Part shown: piece by piece, positions 16,432 through 24,000 of the stretch | Layout of the letters: each line of letters starts with the position of its first letter | Position numbering within the stretch: position 1 is the first letter of the stretch | Assembly: GCA_913062655.1 (NCBI GenBank) | Contig: CAJXXO010000004.1 | Span: 8,346 to 32,345 of the forward strand | DNA length: 24,000 nucleotides | Direction of reading: 5' to 3' | Source of the DNA: an uncultured Bacteroidota bacterium | GTDB taxonomy: Bacteria; Bacteroidota; Bacteroidia; Chitinophagales; S012-47 | Notes under the pieces: generated by a model | What the model was told of the DNA's origin: nothing | What the model saw: the letters and a program-made list of their open reading frames with translations, nothing else | Database searches by the model: none | Program-made: the position numbers and the translations under genes

Positions 16432-17311
16432 CTGCCCGATTGCTTGATAAATAAACCCCTAGCAATATCAGTATCATCCCCACAAAGTGCCAGGGCGTAA
16501 TTATTTCACCCACCACGGCACCCCATAGCAAGGCTACCACAGGAATGAGGTAGGTAACCGTAGAAGCAAATAAGGCATTGGTGCGTTGGGTAAGGTAGAA
16601 GAAAATAACACTGGCATAGCCGGTACCGATTACGCCAAGAATGGCTACATACCCCAATGAAACGCGCGCCTCTGGCTGTGCTGTAATGCGAGGGATGAAA
16701 TCGGTGGAGAGCAAAACGGCCAAAGCCGGAATACCGATCATTAAAAAGGAGACGGCAGAAATGGTAAGGGGGTTAACCGATTTCAAATAACGACCAATAA
16801 TGTTGGCGCTGGTACCATAGCCAATGGTAGCGACCAATATCAGGGCACCATATCCATAGGTCGACCAATCGACTCCACCCGTGCCCAATAGGATCAATAC
16901 AGCCGAGCCGGCCAGTCCCATTACCACCCCAGCCAGTTTTATCCACTGAAATAGTAACCCAAAAAAGAGAATGCCCAGGAGAAAGGCAAACAATGGTGTG
17001 GTGGCATTGATTATGCCGGTCAATCCACTGTCAATGCGGGTTTGTGCAATGGCAAACATAAAGGGGGGCATACCCGAACCAAAAAAGCCGACACCAAATA
17101 TGGCTAACCACTTATCTTTCGGCACCTTGGATAAATGCTTGAGTAACAATGGGGATAAGGCGATCATGGAAATAACGATACGTAAACAGGCGACCTGTAT
17201 GGCCGATAGGCCTACCAACCCCTTCTTGATAAGAATAAATGAACTACCCCAGATAAGACCGAGTAAAACGAGCATACCCCAGTTGGCTGCGTTGGCAGAA
17301 GGTTTTTTCAT
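16370..17311 (-). CDS. DMT-superfamily (EamA-like) transporter
   Basis: About ten predicted TM helices in two EamA repeats (LLGLIWGSSFILIKKGL.. and ..ASVIFFYLTQRTNALFASTVTYLIPVVALLWG). Its basic C-terminal tail overlaps the ridA 3' end by 62 nt. Confidence 0.8.
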   Translation of the reverse strand: MKKPSANAANWGMLVLLGLIWGSSFILIKKGLVGLSAIQVACLRIVISMIALSPLLLKHLSKVPKDKWLAIFGVGFFGSGMPPFMFAIAQTRIDSGLTGIINATTPLFAFLLGILFFGLLFQWIKLAGVVMGLAGSAVLILLGTGGVDWSTYGYGALILVATIGYGTSANIIGRYLKSVNPLTISAVSFLMIGIPALAVLLSTDFIPRITAQPEARVSLGYVAILGVIGTGYASVIFFYLTQRTNALFASTVTYLIPVVALLWGAVVGEIITPWHFVGMILILLGVYLSSNRAARLWQRLWQKSPHSPASAER

Positions 17312-17314
17312 GGC

Positions 17315-18331
17315 TTAGCTAACCGATTCCTCCGTATTGGGTTCACCATGCATTCGCGCCCAGAGCGCGTCCTTAAGCTGAGCAATGCCTTTACCGGTGA
17401 CGGCAGAGAAAAAAACATGAGGGATATCCTGCAGGTCTGCTGCCAGCAAGCCACGGAGTTCCTCATCGGTAAGGTCACGCTTCGAGATACCCAGCAGTCG
17501 GGGTTTGGTCAGCAACACCGGGTTGTACTTGCGGCATTCTTCCAACAGCACTTCGTATTCCTTGCGGATGTCCTCACTATCGGAAGGGACGATAAAAAGC
17601 AGCACCGCATTTCGTTCAATGTGCCGTAGAAAGCGAATGCCCAGCCCCTTACCGGTATGCGCCCCTTCAATAATACCCGGTATATCGGCCATCACAAACG
17701 ACTTATTGTCGTGATAGCTGACAATACCCAGATTGGGCACCAGGGTGGTAAAGGCGTACGAGGCGATCTTTGGTTTTGCTGCCGAAACAGCCGCCAAGAG
17801 GGTGGACTTTCCTGCATTGGGCAATCCTACCAGGCCCACATCAGCCAACAGCTTAAGCTCCAGTACCATCCATTCATCCCGGCCGGCTTCACCGGGAATG
17901 GATTTGCGAGGGGCTTGATTAGTAGCACTTTTAAAGTGGGTGTTCCCAATGCCCCCTTGTCCGCCCGGCAACAGGATCTTCTCTTCTCCATCTTCCGTGA
18001 TCTCCAACAGCTTTTTCTCCGAGTCAGCCCTTTTGGCTACCGTACCGAGGGGCACTTCCAGGATCACATCTTCACCATTGGCACCTGTGCGATTGCCGCC
18101 TTCACCGGGCTTGCCATCTTCTGCAATCACATGTTTACGGTACTTCAAGTGGAGGAGGGTCCACAGTTGTGAATTGCCCCGTAGTATAATGTGGCCGCCC
18201 CGGCCGCCATCGCCACCGTCAGGGCCACCTTTGGGGACAAACTTCTCCCTGCGGAAATGGGTGACGCCATTCCCTCCTTTGCCCGACCGGCAATTGATCT
18301 TCACGTAGTCAACGAAATTGCTGCCTTCCAC
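17315..18331 (-). CDS. obg: GTPase ObgE/CgtA
   Basis: The Obg fold reads SNFVDYVKINCRSGKGGNGVTHFRREKFVPKGGPDGGDGGRGGHIIL. G1 is GLPNAGKST, G3 is DIPG and G4 is SKRD. GTG at 18331 (M-EGSNFVDYV) is preferred because the ATG at 18373 lies inside a terminator stem-loop and adds an atypical 14-aa extension. The start is uncertain between 18331 and 18373. Confidence 0.9.
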   Translation of the reverse strand: MEGSNFVDYVKINCRSGKGGNGVTHFRREKFVPKGGPDGGDGGRGGHIILRGNSQLWTLLHLKYRKHVIAEDGKPGEGGNRTGANGEDVILEVPLGTVAKRADSEKKLLEITEDGEEKILLPGGQGGIGNTHFKSATNQAPRKSIPGEAGRDEWMVLELKLLADVGLVGLPNAGKSTLLAAVSAAKPKIASYAFTTLVPNLGIVSYHDNKSFVMADIPGIIEGAHTGKGLGIRFLRHIERNAVLLFIVPSDSEDIRKEYEVLLEECRKYNPVLLTKPRLLGISKRDLTDEELRGLLAADLQDIPHVFFSAVTGKGIAQLKDALWARMHGEPNTEESVS

Positions 18332-18335
18332 AGGG

Positions 18336-18371
18336 ATAAAATAAAAAGCCGGTCTGCGCGGGCAAACCGGC
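18336..18371 (-). terminator. rho-independent terminator-like stem-loop plus T-tract downstream of adk
   Basis: The minus strand reads GCCGGT-T-TGC-CCGC-GCA-G-ACCGGC followed by TTTTTATTTTAT. The stem is 6 bp, one mismatch, then 3 bp (18348-18371) with a 4-nt loop. The T-tract is at 18336-18347. It starts 23 nt after the adk stop codon. Confidence 0.6.
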
Positions 18372-18393
18372 ATGTAAACTAAATGCTATTCAC

Positions 18394-18975
18394 TTACGCC
18401 AGGCTTTCGATCGCCTGGGAAAGTTTGTCAAATATCTGGTCGATATCACCCTCCCCTTCAATCGGGTGGAGCTTCCCTTGTTTGTCGTAATAGCCGGCTA
18501 CCGGAGATGTCTCATTGTGGTACACCTCAATGCGTTTCTTTATCGTGTCCACATTGGTATCGTCACTGCGTCCGGAGGTCTTACCGCGGTTCAGGATGCG
18601 TTGGATCAGTTCCTCCTCACCCACTTCCAGTGCCAATACACCGGTGATGGACATATCCTTCAGGTCCATGAGCTTATCAAGTGCTTCTGCCTGAGCTATG
18701 GTACGCGGAAACCCATCGAAGATGAAGCCCTTGGGGTTGTTTTCCAACTGCTCATCCATCTTGGCTCCGAGCATTCCGATCACGACCTCATCTGGCACCA
18801 GCATGCCTTGGTCAATAAATTTCTTCGCTTCCAGCCCTAGTGGGGTCTCATTTTTCAATTCGTGCCGAAAAATGTCTCCAGTTGAGATGTGTACGAGAGA
18901 GAATTTGTCCGCCAGTTTTACGGACTGTGTGCCCTTACCGCTGCCGGGAGGGCCAAAAAGAACGATATTCAACAT
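18394..18975 (-). CDS. adk: adenylate kinase (short-LID type)
   Basis: P-loop MLNIVLFGPPGSGKGTQS, AMP-binding IS.GD.(F)R, DGFPRT, and a short LID without a Cys4 zinc knuckle (RGKTSGRSDD). Confidence 0.92.
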   Translation of the reverse strand: MLNIVLFGPPGSGKGTQSVKLADKFSLVHISTGDIFRHELKNETPLGLEAKKFIDQGMLVPDEVVIGMLGAKMDEQLENNPKGFIFDGFPRTIAQAEALDKLMDLKDMSITGVLALEVGEEELIQRILNRGKTSGRSDDTNVDTIKKRIEVYHNETSPVAGYYDKQGKLHPIEGEGDIDQIFDKLSQAIESLA

Positions 18976-18991
18976 CGTCTGTAACGACTTT

Positions 18992-18999
18992 AGTGAATT
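18992..18999 (-). promoter_or_regulatory. candidate -7 promoter box (TAATTTTG on the minus strand) for adk
   Basis: Exact TAnnTTTG match 17 nt upstream of the adk ATG (18975), in the 48-nt spacer after the SDR gene. Confidence 0.4.
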
Positions 19000-19023
19000 G
19001 CAAAATTACAAAAGCCTATCCTA

Positions 19024-20040
19024 TCAGGGGAATGGGAGGATGCCGTATTCCTGTTGATGGGTGTGCTGGTACAATTTCGCACTTTCAGAGAGGGTTTTTG
19101 ACAGGGGGCGGAAGGTGAAGTTGAGGTGTTGCTGCAACTTGTCCTGCCGAAATTCATATTCGGTAAACATATTGCGGGCTATGGCTTTCGTAATCAGGGG
19201 CCGGCTTCCCGTCAGGGCACTTCGGAAAGCTTCTATCTGGCGCAGCACCTGTATCATCCACGGTCGGGCAGGTATGGAAGGTGGCTTAACGTGCAGCTCT
19301 TCGGCCAGCTTTTTCATCACTTCGTGGTAGGGCCGATTGTCGGCTACCACGATAAATCGCTCCTGCTGAATGGAGCTCTCCATGATAAGATGGGCCACCT
19401 GAACCACATCACGTACATCTACAAATCCGGTTTTACCGGGCGGAAAGAATTTTTCGCCCTTGGCTACACGCTGCACAATACGCGCTGAACCGCTGTTCCA
19501 CCAACCACCACCCAATATGATGCTGGGGTTCAGGATCACCGCATTCATACCTTCCACCATCCCCCGCCATACTTCGCGTTCGGCCCGGAATTTACTGATG
19601 GCATAAGGTGAATTATATTTACTTCGCTCCCATTGATCGGCTTCGGTGATGACCGCTTTTGGCCGGTTGCGGCCAATAGCCGCTACAGAGCTCAGGTGGA
19701 GCATCCGGCCCACACCCTCGCTCAGGCACAGGTTGACCACATTGGCGGTACCTTTGGCATTGATGGCCATCATCTGGGGGATGTCTCGCTTGTCGAAGGA
19801 TACCGTGGCTGCAGTATGGTACACTTTATCTACTCCTTGCATAGCTGCCGTCAATGCAGGTACATCCAGCAAATCAGCTTCTACCCACTCTATTTTGTCT
19901 TTCACCTCCTCTACCAATGCAAATCGGCTGTTGGGTCGATGGATAGCCCGAACGGATTCACCTTGTTGTACCAGCCACCGGGCCAGGTAGGAGCCGGTAA
20001 ATCCTGTCGCGCCCGTGATCAGTGTCTTCCCCTTCATCAT
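19024..20040 (-). CDS. NAD-dependent epimerase/dehydratase family protein (extended SDR)
   Basis: MMKGKTLITGATGFTGSYLARWL (TGxxGxxG Rossmann), catalytic YAISK (YxxxK) and an SS(V)A.. serine. The start ATG 20040 overlaps the anmK stop (ATGA). The ORF-track extension to 20202 is an out-of-frame overlap with anmK. Confidence 0.8.
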   Translation of the reverse strand: MMKGKTLITGATGFTGSYLARWLVQQGESVRAIHRPNSRFALVEEVKDKIEWVEADLLDVPALTAAMQGVDKVYHTAATVSFDKRDIPQMMAINAKGTANVVNLCLSEGVGRMLHLSSVAAIGRNRPKAVITEADQWERSKYNSPYAISKFRAEREVWRGMVEGMNAVILNPSIILGGGWWNSGSARIVQRVAKGEKFFPPGKTGFVDVRDVVQVAHLIMESSIQQERFIVVADNRPYHEVMKKLAEELHVKPPSIPARPWMIQVLRQIEAFRSALTGSRPLITKAIARNMFTEYEFRQDKLQQHLNFTFRPLSKTLSESAKLYQHTHQQEYGILPFP

Positions 20041-21104
20041 GGTAAATATACAGCTCCTCCACAGGTGTGTTGGTGAGCGCCAGTTAGGCGAGGGAGGCTG
20101 TAAGGCAACTGCCACCAGCGCATAGCACCGAAGTAAGCAAATAGTATAGCTTCTTTTTGATCGATCACTACAGGGTCGGGTAGAACCACCCGGCCGGGCC
20201 ATGCTTCCTCCACTTGTTGGTGTAGAATAGGATGATGAGCGCCCCCGCCTGTTAGCAGTAAAAGATCGGTAGGGGCCAACATTCGTCCTTGTGTTATGGA
20301 TTTCAGCGCGCGCCCTACTAAAGCGGCCACAGTATGCAATTTGTCAGCTAGCTGAGCGGGGTGGGCGGCTAAAGGCGGCCAAAGGTTGTTCATTACCGCC
20401 TGTGCTTCCAATGATTTGGGAGGCTGTTCCAGGTGATAGCGCCAGTTCCAGAGCTCTTCCAAAAGGTCAGGCTGAGGGTGGCCGCCTGCACTCAATTGTC
20501 CGTCTTTATCATATGGTAAACCCATTTCTTTTGCCAGTGCATTCATTAACAAATTGCACCCTGTTAGGTCGAGACCCAACGCATCGGTTGGTAAGTGCAG
20601 ATTGGCAATGCCACCCAGGTTGAGGTACCCTTTGTAGCCGGGAAACAACACCTGATCGCCAAAGGGGGCCAAAGGTGCGCCTTGTCCCTTGTAGGCCATA
20701 TCGCCAGACCGAAAATCCGTGATGGCAGGGAGGCCTGCCGCGGCTGCCAAGGTGGCGCCATGACCGATCTGATAAGAATAGCCCTTGTCTGGCGCATGGT
20801 CAACGGTGTAGCCGTGCGAGGCAATAGCCGTAGGAGCGGGAAGCTGTTGTTCGGTTAGCCAGTCCTTCACGAGCGAACCTAAACAGGTACCATAGGCGCG
20901 ATCCAGGGCTAAAAGAGCGGAAGGATCCAAACCCTTGGCCGCTGAAAGTCTCGCTATCCATTCGTCATCGAAGCCTGCTGAATGACTGTCAATCAATTGC
21001 CACCGCAGACCGGCCTCACTTTTATCGAATTGCACATACGCCATATCTACACCGTCCATGGAGGTGCCAGACATTACGCCCACAACAGCAAGAGATTCAT
21101 TCAT
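20037..21104 (-). CDS. anmK: anhydro-N-acetylmuramic acid kinase
   Basis: The N-terminal motif GVMSGTSMDGVDMA is the hallmark of AnmK. ASKHA-fold blocks are present (..GHG.T..H....G.S.QIG.....A...G...I.DFR..D.A..GQGAPL.P.). Length is about 355 aa. Confidence 0.88.
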   Translation of the reverse strand: MNESLAVVGVMSGTSMDGVDMAYVQFDKSEAGLRWQLIDSHSAGFDDEWIARLSAAKGLDPSALLALDRAYGTCLGSLVKDWLTEQQLPAPTAIASHGYTVDHAPDKGYSYQIGHGATLAAAAGLPAITDFRSGDMAYKGQGAPLAPFGDQVLFPGYKGYLNLGGIANLHLPTDALGLDLTGCNLLMNALAKEMGLPYDKDGQLSAGGHPQPDLLEELWNWRYHLEQPPKSLEAQAVMNNLWPPLAAHPAQLADKLHTVAALVGRALKSITQGRMLAPTDLLLLTGGGAHHPILHQQVEEAWPGRVVLPDPVVIDQKEAILFAYFGAMRWWQLPYSLPRLTGAHQHTCGGAVYLP

Positions 21105-21415
21105 TATTTACGCAAGGTAAGCACATAATCGGCAACAGCATCGATCTCTGCTTCGGTTAAAATTCCTTCATACGACTGCATCGTATTACGTCCATGGGTG
21201 ATTACTTCCACCATGCCAGCCTTGTCCAATTCGGATTGTGCCAGGTTGGCGGCCATATTCAGTCCAAGTTGGCCATCGGCACCATGACAGAGTTTGCAGT
21301 ATTGGGTGTAGATAGCTTTCCCATCGGGTGACTCGGATGCAGCGGTGGTTGTTTTGTTGTCACCACAACTGGTTGCGACTAATACCAGGAATGCCACTAT
21401 TCCAAAGGCTCTCAT
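21104..21415 (-). CDS. class I c-type cytochrome (monohaem), lipoprotein-type signal
   Basis: Signal MRAFGIVAFLVLVATSCG, a single haem-binding CKLCHG (CxxCH) and a distal Met candidate in GRNTMQSY. Length is 103 aa. Its stop TAA shares one nucleotide with the anmK ATG (TAATG). Confidence 0.8.
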   Translation of the reverse strand: MRAFGIVAFLVLVATSCGDNKTTTAASESPDGKAIYTQYCKLCHGADGQLGLNMAANLAQSELDKAGMVEVITHGRNTMQSYEGILTEAEIDAVADYVLTLRK

Positions 21416-21432
21416 AAGGGCTATTTTTTAGA

Positions 21433-21441
21433 AAAACCAAT
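21433..21441 (-). promoter_or_regulatory. ATTGGTTTT 9-mer (minus strand) shared with the feoA-upstream palindrome, a candidate half-site upstream of the cytochrome c gene
   Basis: The same 9-mer ATTGGTTTT, in the same orientation relative to transcription, occurs at 23867-23875 (upstream of feoA) and 21433-21441 (18-26 nt upstream of the cytochrome c ATG). By eye I found no other exact copy in the window. Confidence 0.25.
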
Positions 21442-21457
21442 TAATGAACCCGGAAGT

Positions 21458-23554
21458 TTAAGCCATAAGCTGGTAGGTGATCAGGCTGGCGACATAAGCT
21501 AAACCGGTCATGTACACCAGTTGTACCATAGGCCATTTCCAACTTTTAGTTTCTCTCCGGACAATGGCCAAGGTACTCATACACTGCATGGCAAAGGCAA
21601 AAAAGACCATTAGAGACAAGCCCGTGGCCAGTGTGTATACCGGCTGATCGGTGCCGGGTTTGGTATCCGCTTGCATCCGTTCACGTACGGTCTCCACATC
21701 TTCGTCTCCGGCCTCAACACTGTAAATGGTAGCCATAGTTCCTACAAATACTTCACGTGCTGCAAAGGAGGTGATGAGCGCAATACCCATTTTCCAATCG
21801 AAGCCCAGGGGGGCTATGGCCGGTTCAATTACCTTGCCGAAGTGACCGGCAAAGGAGTTGCGCAATTGCACGGCCTCGGCAGTGGTTTGTCCGGGTATAT
21901 CCTGTGCTTCTGTCTGTGCTTTAGGGCCCACCTCCCAGCCTATATCTTGTGGTCCATAGGATGCGAGAAACCACAGGATAATAGAAATAACCAAAATGAC
22001 CTTACCCGCTTCCAGGGTAAAGATTTTTGCCTTTTCGTACATCGTCAGGAGTACATTGCGCCAGCGTGGGGGACGATAGATCGGCATTTCCAGCAGAAAT
22101 AGGCTCCTTTCTGCGGTGCGAATCAATCGGCTAAGGACAAACGCTACCGCCATAGCGGTTACCAGCCCCAACAAATAGAGGCCGAGCAAAGTCAAGCCTT
22201 GCAGACTGATAAAGCCTAACACATAATTGTTGGGTATCACCAGTGAAATCAGTATGGTGTAAACGGGTAATCTGGCCGAGCAGCTCATCAAGGGAGTAAC
22301 CAGAATAGTGATTAGCCGCTCCTTCCAGTTTCCAATATTTCTGGCGGCCATAACGGCAGGTATCGCACAAGCGAGACCACTCATCAGCGGAATTACCGAC
22401 TTTCCGTTCAACCCGGCACTCCGCATGAGCCGGTCAGTGAGATAGCTTACCCGGGCCATATAACCGGTCTCTTCCATAATCGTCAGAAACCCAAAAAGTA
22501 TAGCAATCTGCGGAATGAATATGACTACACCCCCTACACCCGCAATCACACCATTTACCAGCAGGTCAGTGCCCCAGCCTGCCGGCAGCGTATTGAGCAA
22601 CCATTCGCTGAGTAAGGATGTGCCCGACTCAACCAGGTCCATCGGGTAGGCAGCTAGGGTGAAAATGGCCTGGAAAATGGCAAAAAGAATACCCACCAAA
22701 ATCACATATCCCCAGAACCGGTGGGTTAACAGCCGGTCCAGTTTGTCGGTAAGGTTTTCATTAAGGGTAGTATTAAGTTGTAAAGCCTGTTGCAGAATTC
22801 GATTAATGCGCTGATAACGCTGCAAGGTCTCTTCGGCCTGAAATTGGGATTGCTTAAGTCCGTGCTGTTCTGCCAGCGCCTGCAAGAAGGTCAGTTTCTC
22901 TGCTGGCAGGTAGTGGAAAGACTTTGGATTGATGGCATATTGCATCAACAAGTAGGGGGACTCTTTCGGGTACACCTCTTGCGCTGCATCGATGAAGGAT
23001 TGGTATTTTTTTGAAGCGGGGCAAAAGACCTGTGAAGATGGGGCTACTGGATTTTCCAAGGCACGCTTCAGTTCTTGCAATCCCGACTGCTTACGTGCAT
23101 TCACCGGAATTACGGGCACCCCCAATTCTTCTTTCAGTAGGGCAATATCTAAGCTTGACCCTTCCCTTTCTACAATATCCGTCATGCTCAGTACCACCAG
23201 GGTAGGCATTTGCAAATCCAACACTTGGGAGCAAAGCAGTAGATTGCGCTTCAGGTTAGAGGCGTCTACAACAACGACCAGCGTATCCGGGTGCTCGGGA
23301 TGTTGCGGGTCCAGCAACACATCATAAACGATCTCTTCATCTTGAGACTTTGGATAGATGCTGTACGTACCCGGCAGGTCTGTTATCTTTACAAATTGGC
23401 CATTGTCCAGTGAAAAATGACCTGTCTTTTTGTCGACTGTTACGCCCGGGTAATTGCCGATTTTCTGATTGAGCCCAGTGAGTGCATTGAAAATGGATGA
23501 CTTCCCACAGTTTGGGTTTCCAACTAAAGCAATTTTCGGTTCTTGCTTCCCCAT
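21458..23554 (-). CDS. feoB: ferrous iron transport protein B
   Basis: The N-terminal G-domain has KIALVGNPNCGKSSIFNALTG (G1), DLPG (G3) and (L)SMTD (G4-like, cf. NMxD). It is followed by the polytopic gate/nucleoside-recognition membrane domains. Length is 698 aa. Confidence 0.92.
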   Translation of the reverse strand: MGKQEPKIALVGNPNCGKSSIFNALTGLNQKIGNYPGVTVDKKTGHFSLDNGQFVKITDLPGTYSIYPKSQDEEIVYDVLLDPQHPEHPDTLVVVVDASNLKRNLLLCSQVLDLQMPTLVVLSMTDIVEREGSSLDIALLKEELGVPVIPVNARKQSGLQELKRALENPVAPSSQVFCPASKKYQSFIDAAQEVYPKESPYLLMQYAINPKSFHYLPAEKLTFLQALAEQHGLKQSQFQAEETLQRYQRINRILQQALQLNTTLNENLTDKLDRLLTHRFWGYVILVGILFAIFQAIFTLAAYPMDLVESGTSLLSEWLLNTLPAGWGTDLLVNGVIAGVGGVVIFIPQIAILFGFLTIMEETGYMARVSYLTDRLMRSAGLNGKSVIPLMSGLACAIPAVMAARNIGNWKERLITILVTPLMSCSARLPVYTILISLVIPNNYVLGFISLQGLTLLGLYLLGLVTAMAVAFVLSRLIRTAERSLFLLEMPIYRPPRWRNVLLTMYEKAKIFTLEAGKVILVISIILWFLASYGPQDIGWEVGPKAQTEAQDIPGQTTAEAVQLRNSFAGHFGKVIEPAIAPLGFDWKMGIALITSFAAREVFVGTMATIYSVEAGDEDVETVRERMQADTKPGTDQPVYTLATGLSLMVFFAFAMQCMSTLAIVRRETKSWKWPMVQLVYMTGLAYVASLITYQLMA

Positions 23555-23576
23555 GCCCGCTCCTCTTTTCGCTGTA

Positions 23577-23831
23577 TTAGCTTACCAATGCTGCTTCCTG
23601 AATGGCAATTTCCCTCGCCTGTTGCTTGCGTAAGCTCAGGCGGTAGCCACTTACCTTCACGGTTATAGGGTCACCTAGCGGTGCGCGGGCTACCATTGTT
23701 ATAGCTTCACCAGGAATACAACCCATCTCCATCAATGCGGAGGCATCCGGGCAAGCGCTTAGGTCTTTGATGATCCCTTTTTGGCCCGGCTTTAAATCTG
23801 ATAGGTGCACAGACTGTTTATTTAGATTCAT
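23577..23831 (-). CDS. feoA: FeoA family protein
   Basis: An 84-aa SH3-like FeoA pattern (L..L.PG..G.I..L........L.EMG..PG..I.......PLGDPI.V.V.G..LSLR...A..I.I). It lies 22 nt upstream of feoB. Confidence 0.85.
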   Translation of the reverse strand: MNLNKQSVHLSDLKPGQKGIIKDLSACPDASALMEMGCIPGEAITMVARAPLGDPITVKVSGYRLSLRKQQAREIAIQEAALVS

Positions 23832-23865
23832 TTTAAATAAGGCGCAAGGTAGGAGTTTGGTTTAG

Positions 23866-23882
23866 TAAAACCAATGGTTTTA
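23866..23882. promoter_or_regulatory. 17-nt perfect palindrome TAAAACCA-A-TGGTTTTA, a candidate operator upstream of feoAB
   Basis: 8-bp arms around a single central base, 35-51 nt upstream of the feoA ATG. It is flanked by further TGGTTT (23858-23863) and AACCA (23882-23886) units. The loop is too small for a stable hairpin, so a dimeric protein-binding site is more likely than a terminator. Confidence 0.4.
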
Positions 23883-24000
23883 ACCAGAAAGATTATGGGT
23901 GTGTAGGTTGATTGTCGTGGGTTGAAGCAGAGGTGATAGGGTTGGAAAAGGCAAAACCCTCAAGCGGCAAATCTGCAGGGGCTTCCAGTTGGTAGTCTGA

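Noticed and set aside
17657-18172. 171-aa and 122-aa antisense ORFs within obg. Similar antisense ORFs occur within adk (18466-18840, 18698-19057).
   Set aside because: They are shadow ORFs opposite highly conserved GTPase and kinase genes, with no supporting motifs.
20041-20202. A 54-codon N-terminal extension of the SDR ORF (MARPGGSTRPCSDRS...).
   Set aside because: It overlaps the anmK 3' end out of frame. The Rossmann motif TGATGFTG follows immediately after the internal MMKGK start, which forms an ATGA overlap with the anmK stop.
23893-24000. Two minus-strand frames are open from the right window edge (one ends at TAA 23893-23895). A possible hairpin AGGGTT..AACCCT lies at 23938-23960.
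   Set aside because: Only about 35 codons are visible with no motif, so I cannot tell whether a real gene ends here. If one does, the feoA-upstream palindrome could alternatively be related to its 3' end.
1-24000. A scan for tRNA/rRNA signatures (e.g. GGTTCGAATCC-like T-arms), CRISPR-like spaced repeats, long direct or inverted repeats, transposase/integrase/phage genes and toxin-antitoxin or defence genes.
   Set aside because: None was found by eye. The intergenic spacers are too short (the longest is about 132 nt, plus the 169-nt right edge) to hold such elements. A computational repeat/tRNA/Rfam scan would be needed to be definitive.

Overview
This is a gene-dense, core-genome-like segment with 26 protein-coding genes and short or absent intergenic spacers. 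I found no rRNA or tRNA genes, CRISPR array, transposase, integrase, phage genes or recognisable defence genes. It most likely comes from a Bacteroidota genome. The evidence is a PorP/SprF type IX secretion family gene, TAnnTTTG '-7' promoter-like boxes just upstream of several starts, a general lack of Shine-Dalgarno sequences, and rbfA followed by an FtsX/LolE-like permease. Gene order is: LysM protein (5'-truncated), hpt, exported acetolactate-decarboxylase-like lipoprotein, LolE/FtsX permease, rbfA, MsbA-like ABC exporter, M1 aminopeptidase, biotin carrier protein, saccharopine dehydrogenase family protein, OmpA-family protein, SRAP peptidase, thpR, acyP, PorP/SprF, upp, CE4-like/DUF protein, degenerate 3-hydroxyacyl-CoA-dehydrogenase-like protein, ridA, EamA transporter, obg, adk, SDR epimerase/dehydratase, anmK, cytochrome c, feoB, feoA. 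I do not see a convincing novel multi-gene system such as a defence island, toxin-antitoxin pair or mobile element, and the window reads as ordinary housekeeping DNA. The items most worth a second look are modest. (1) A tightly linked pair made of an apparently catalytically dead HADH-like protein and a divergent deacetylase-fold protein. (2) A 17-nt perfect palindrome built of TGGTTT/AAACCA units in front of feoAB, with a 9-mer from it recurring in front of a small cytochrome c gene downstream of feoB. (3) A classical intrinsic terminator between adk and obg that argues for a GTG start for obg. (4) All five convergent gene pairs overlap at their 3' ends. All product calls rest on by-eye motif recognition and no database search was possible.
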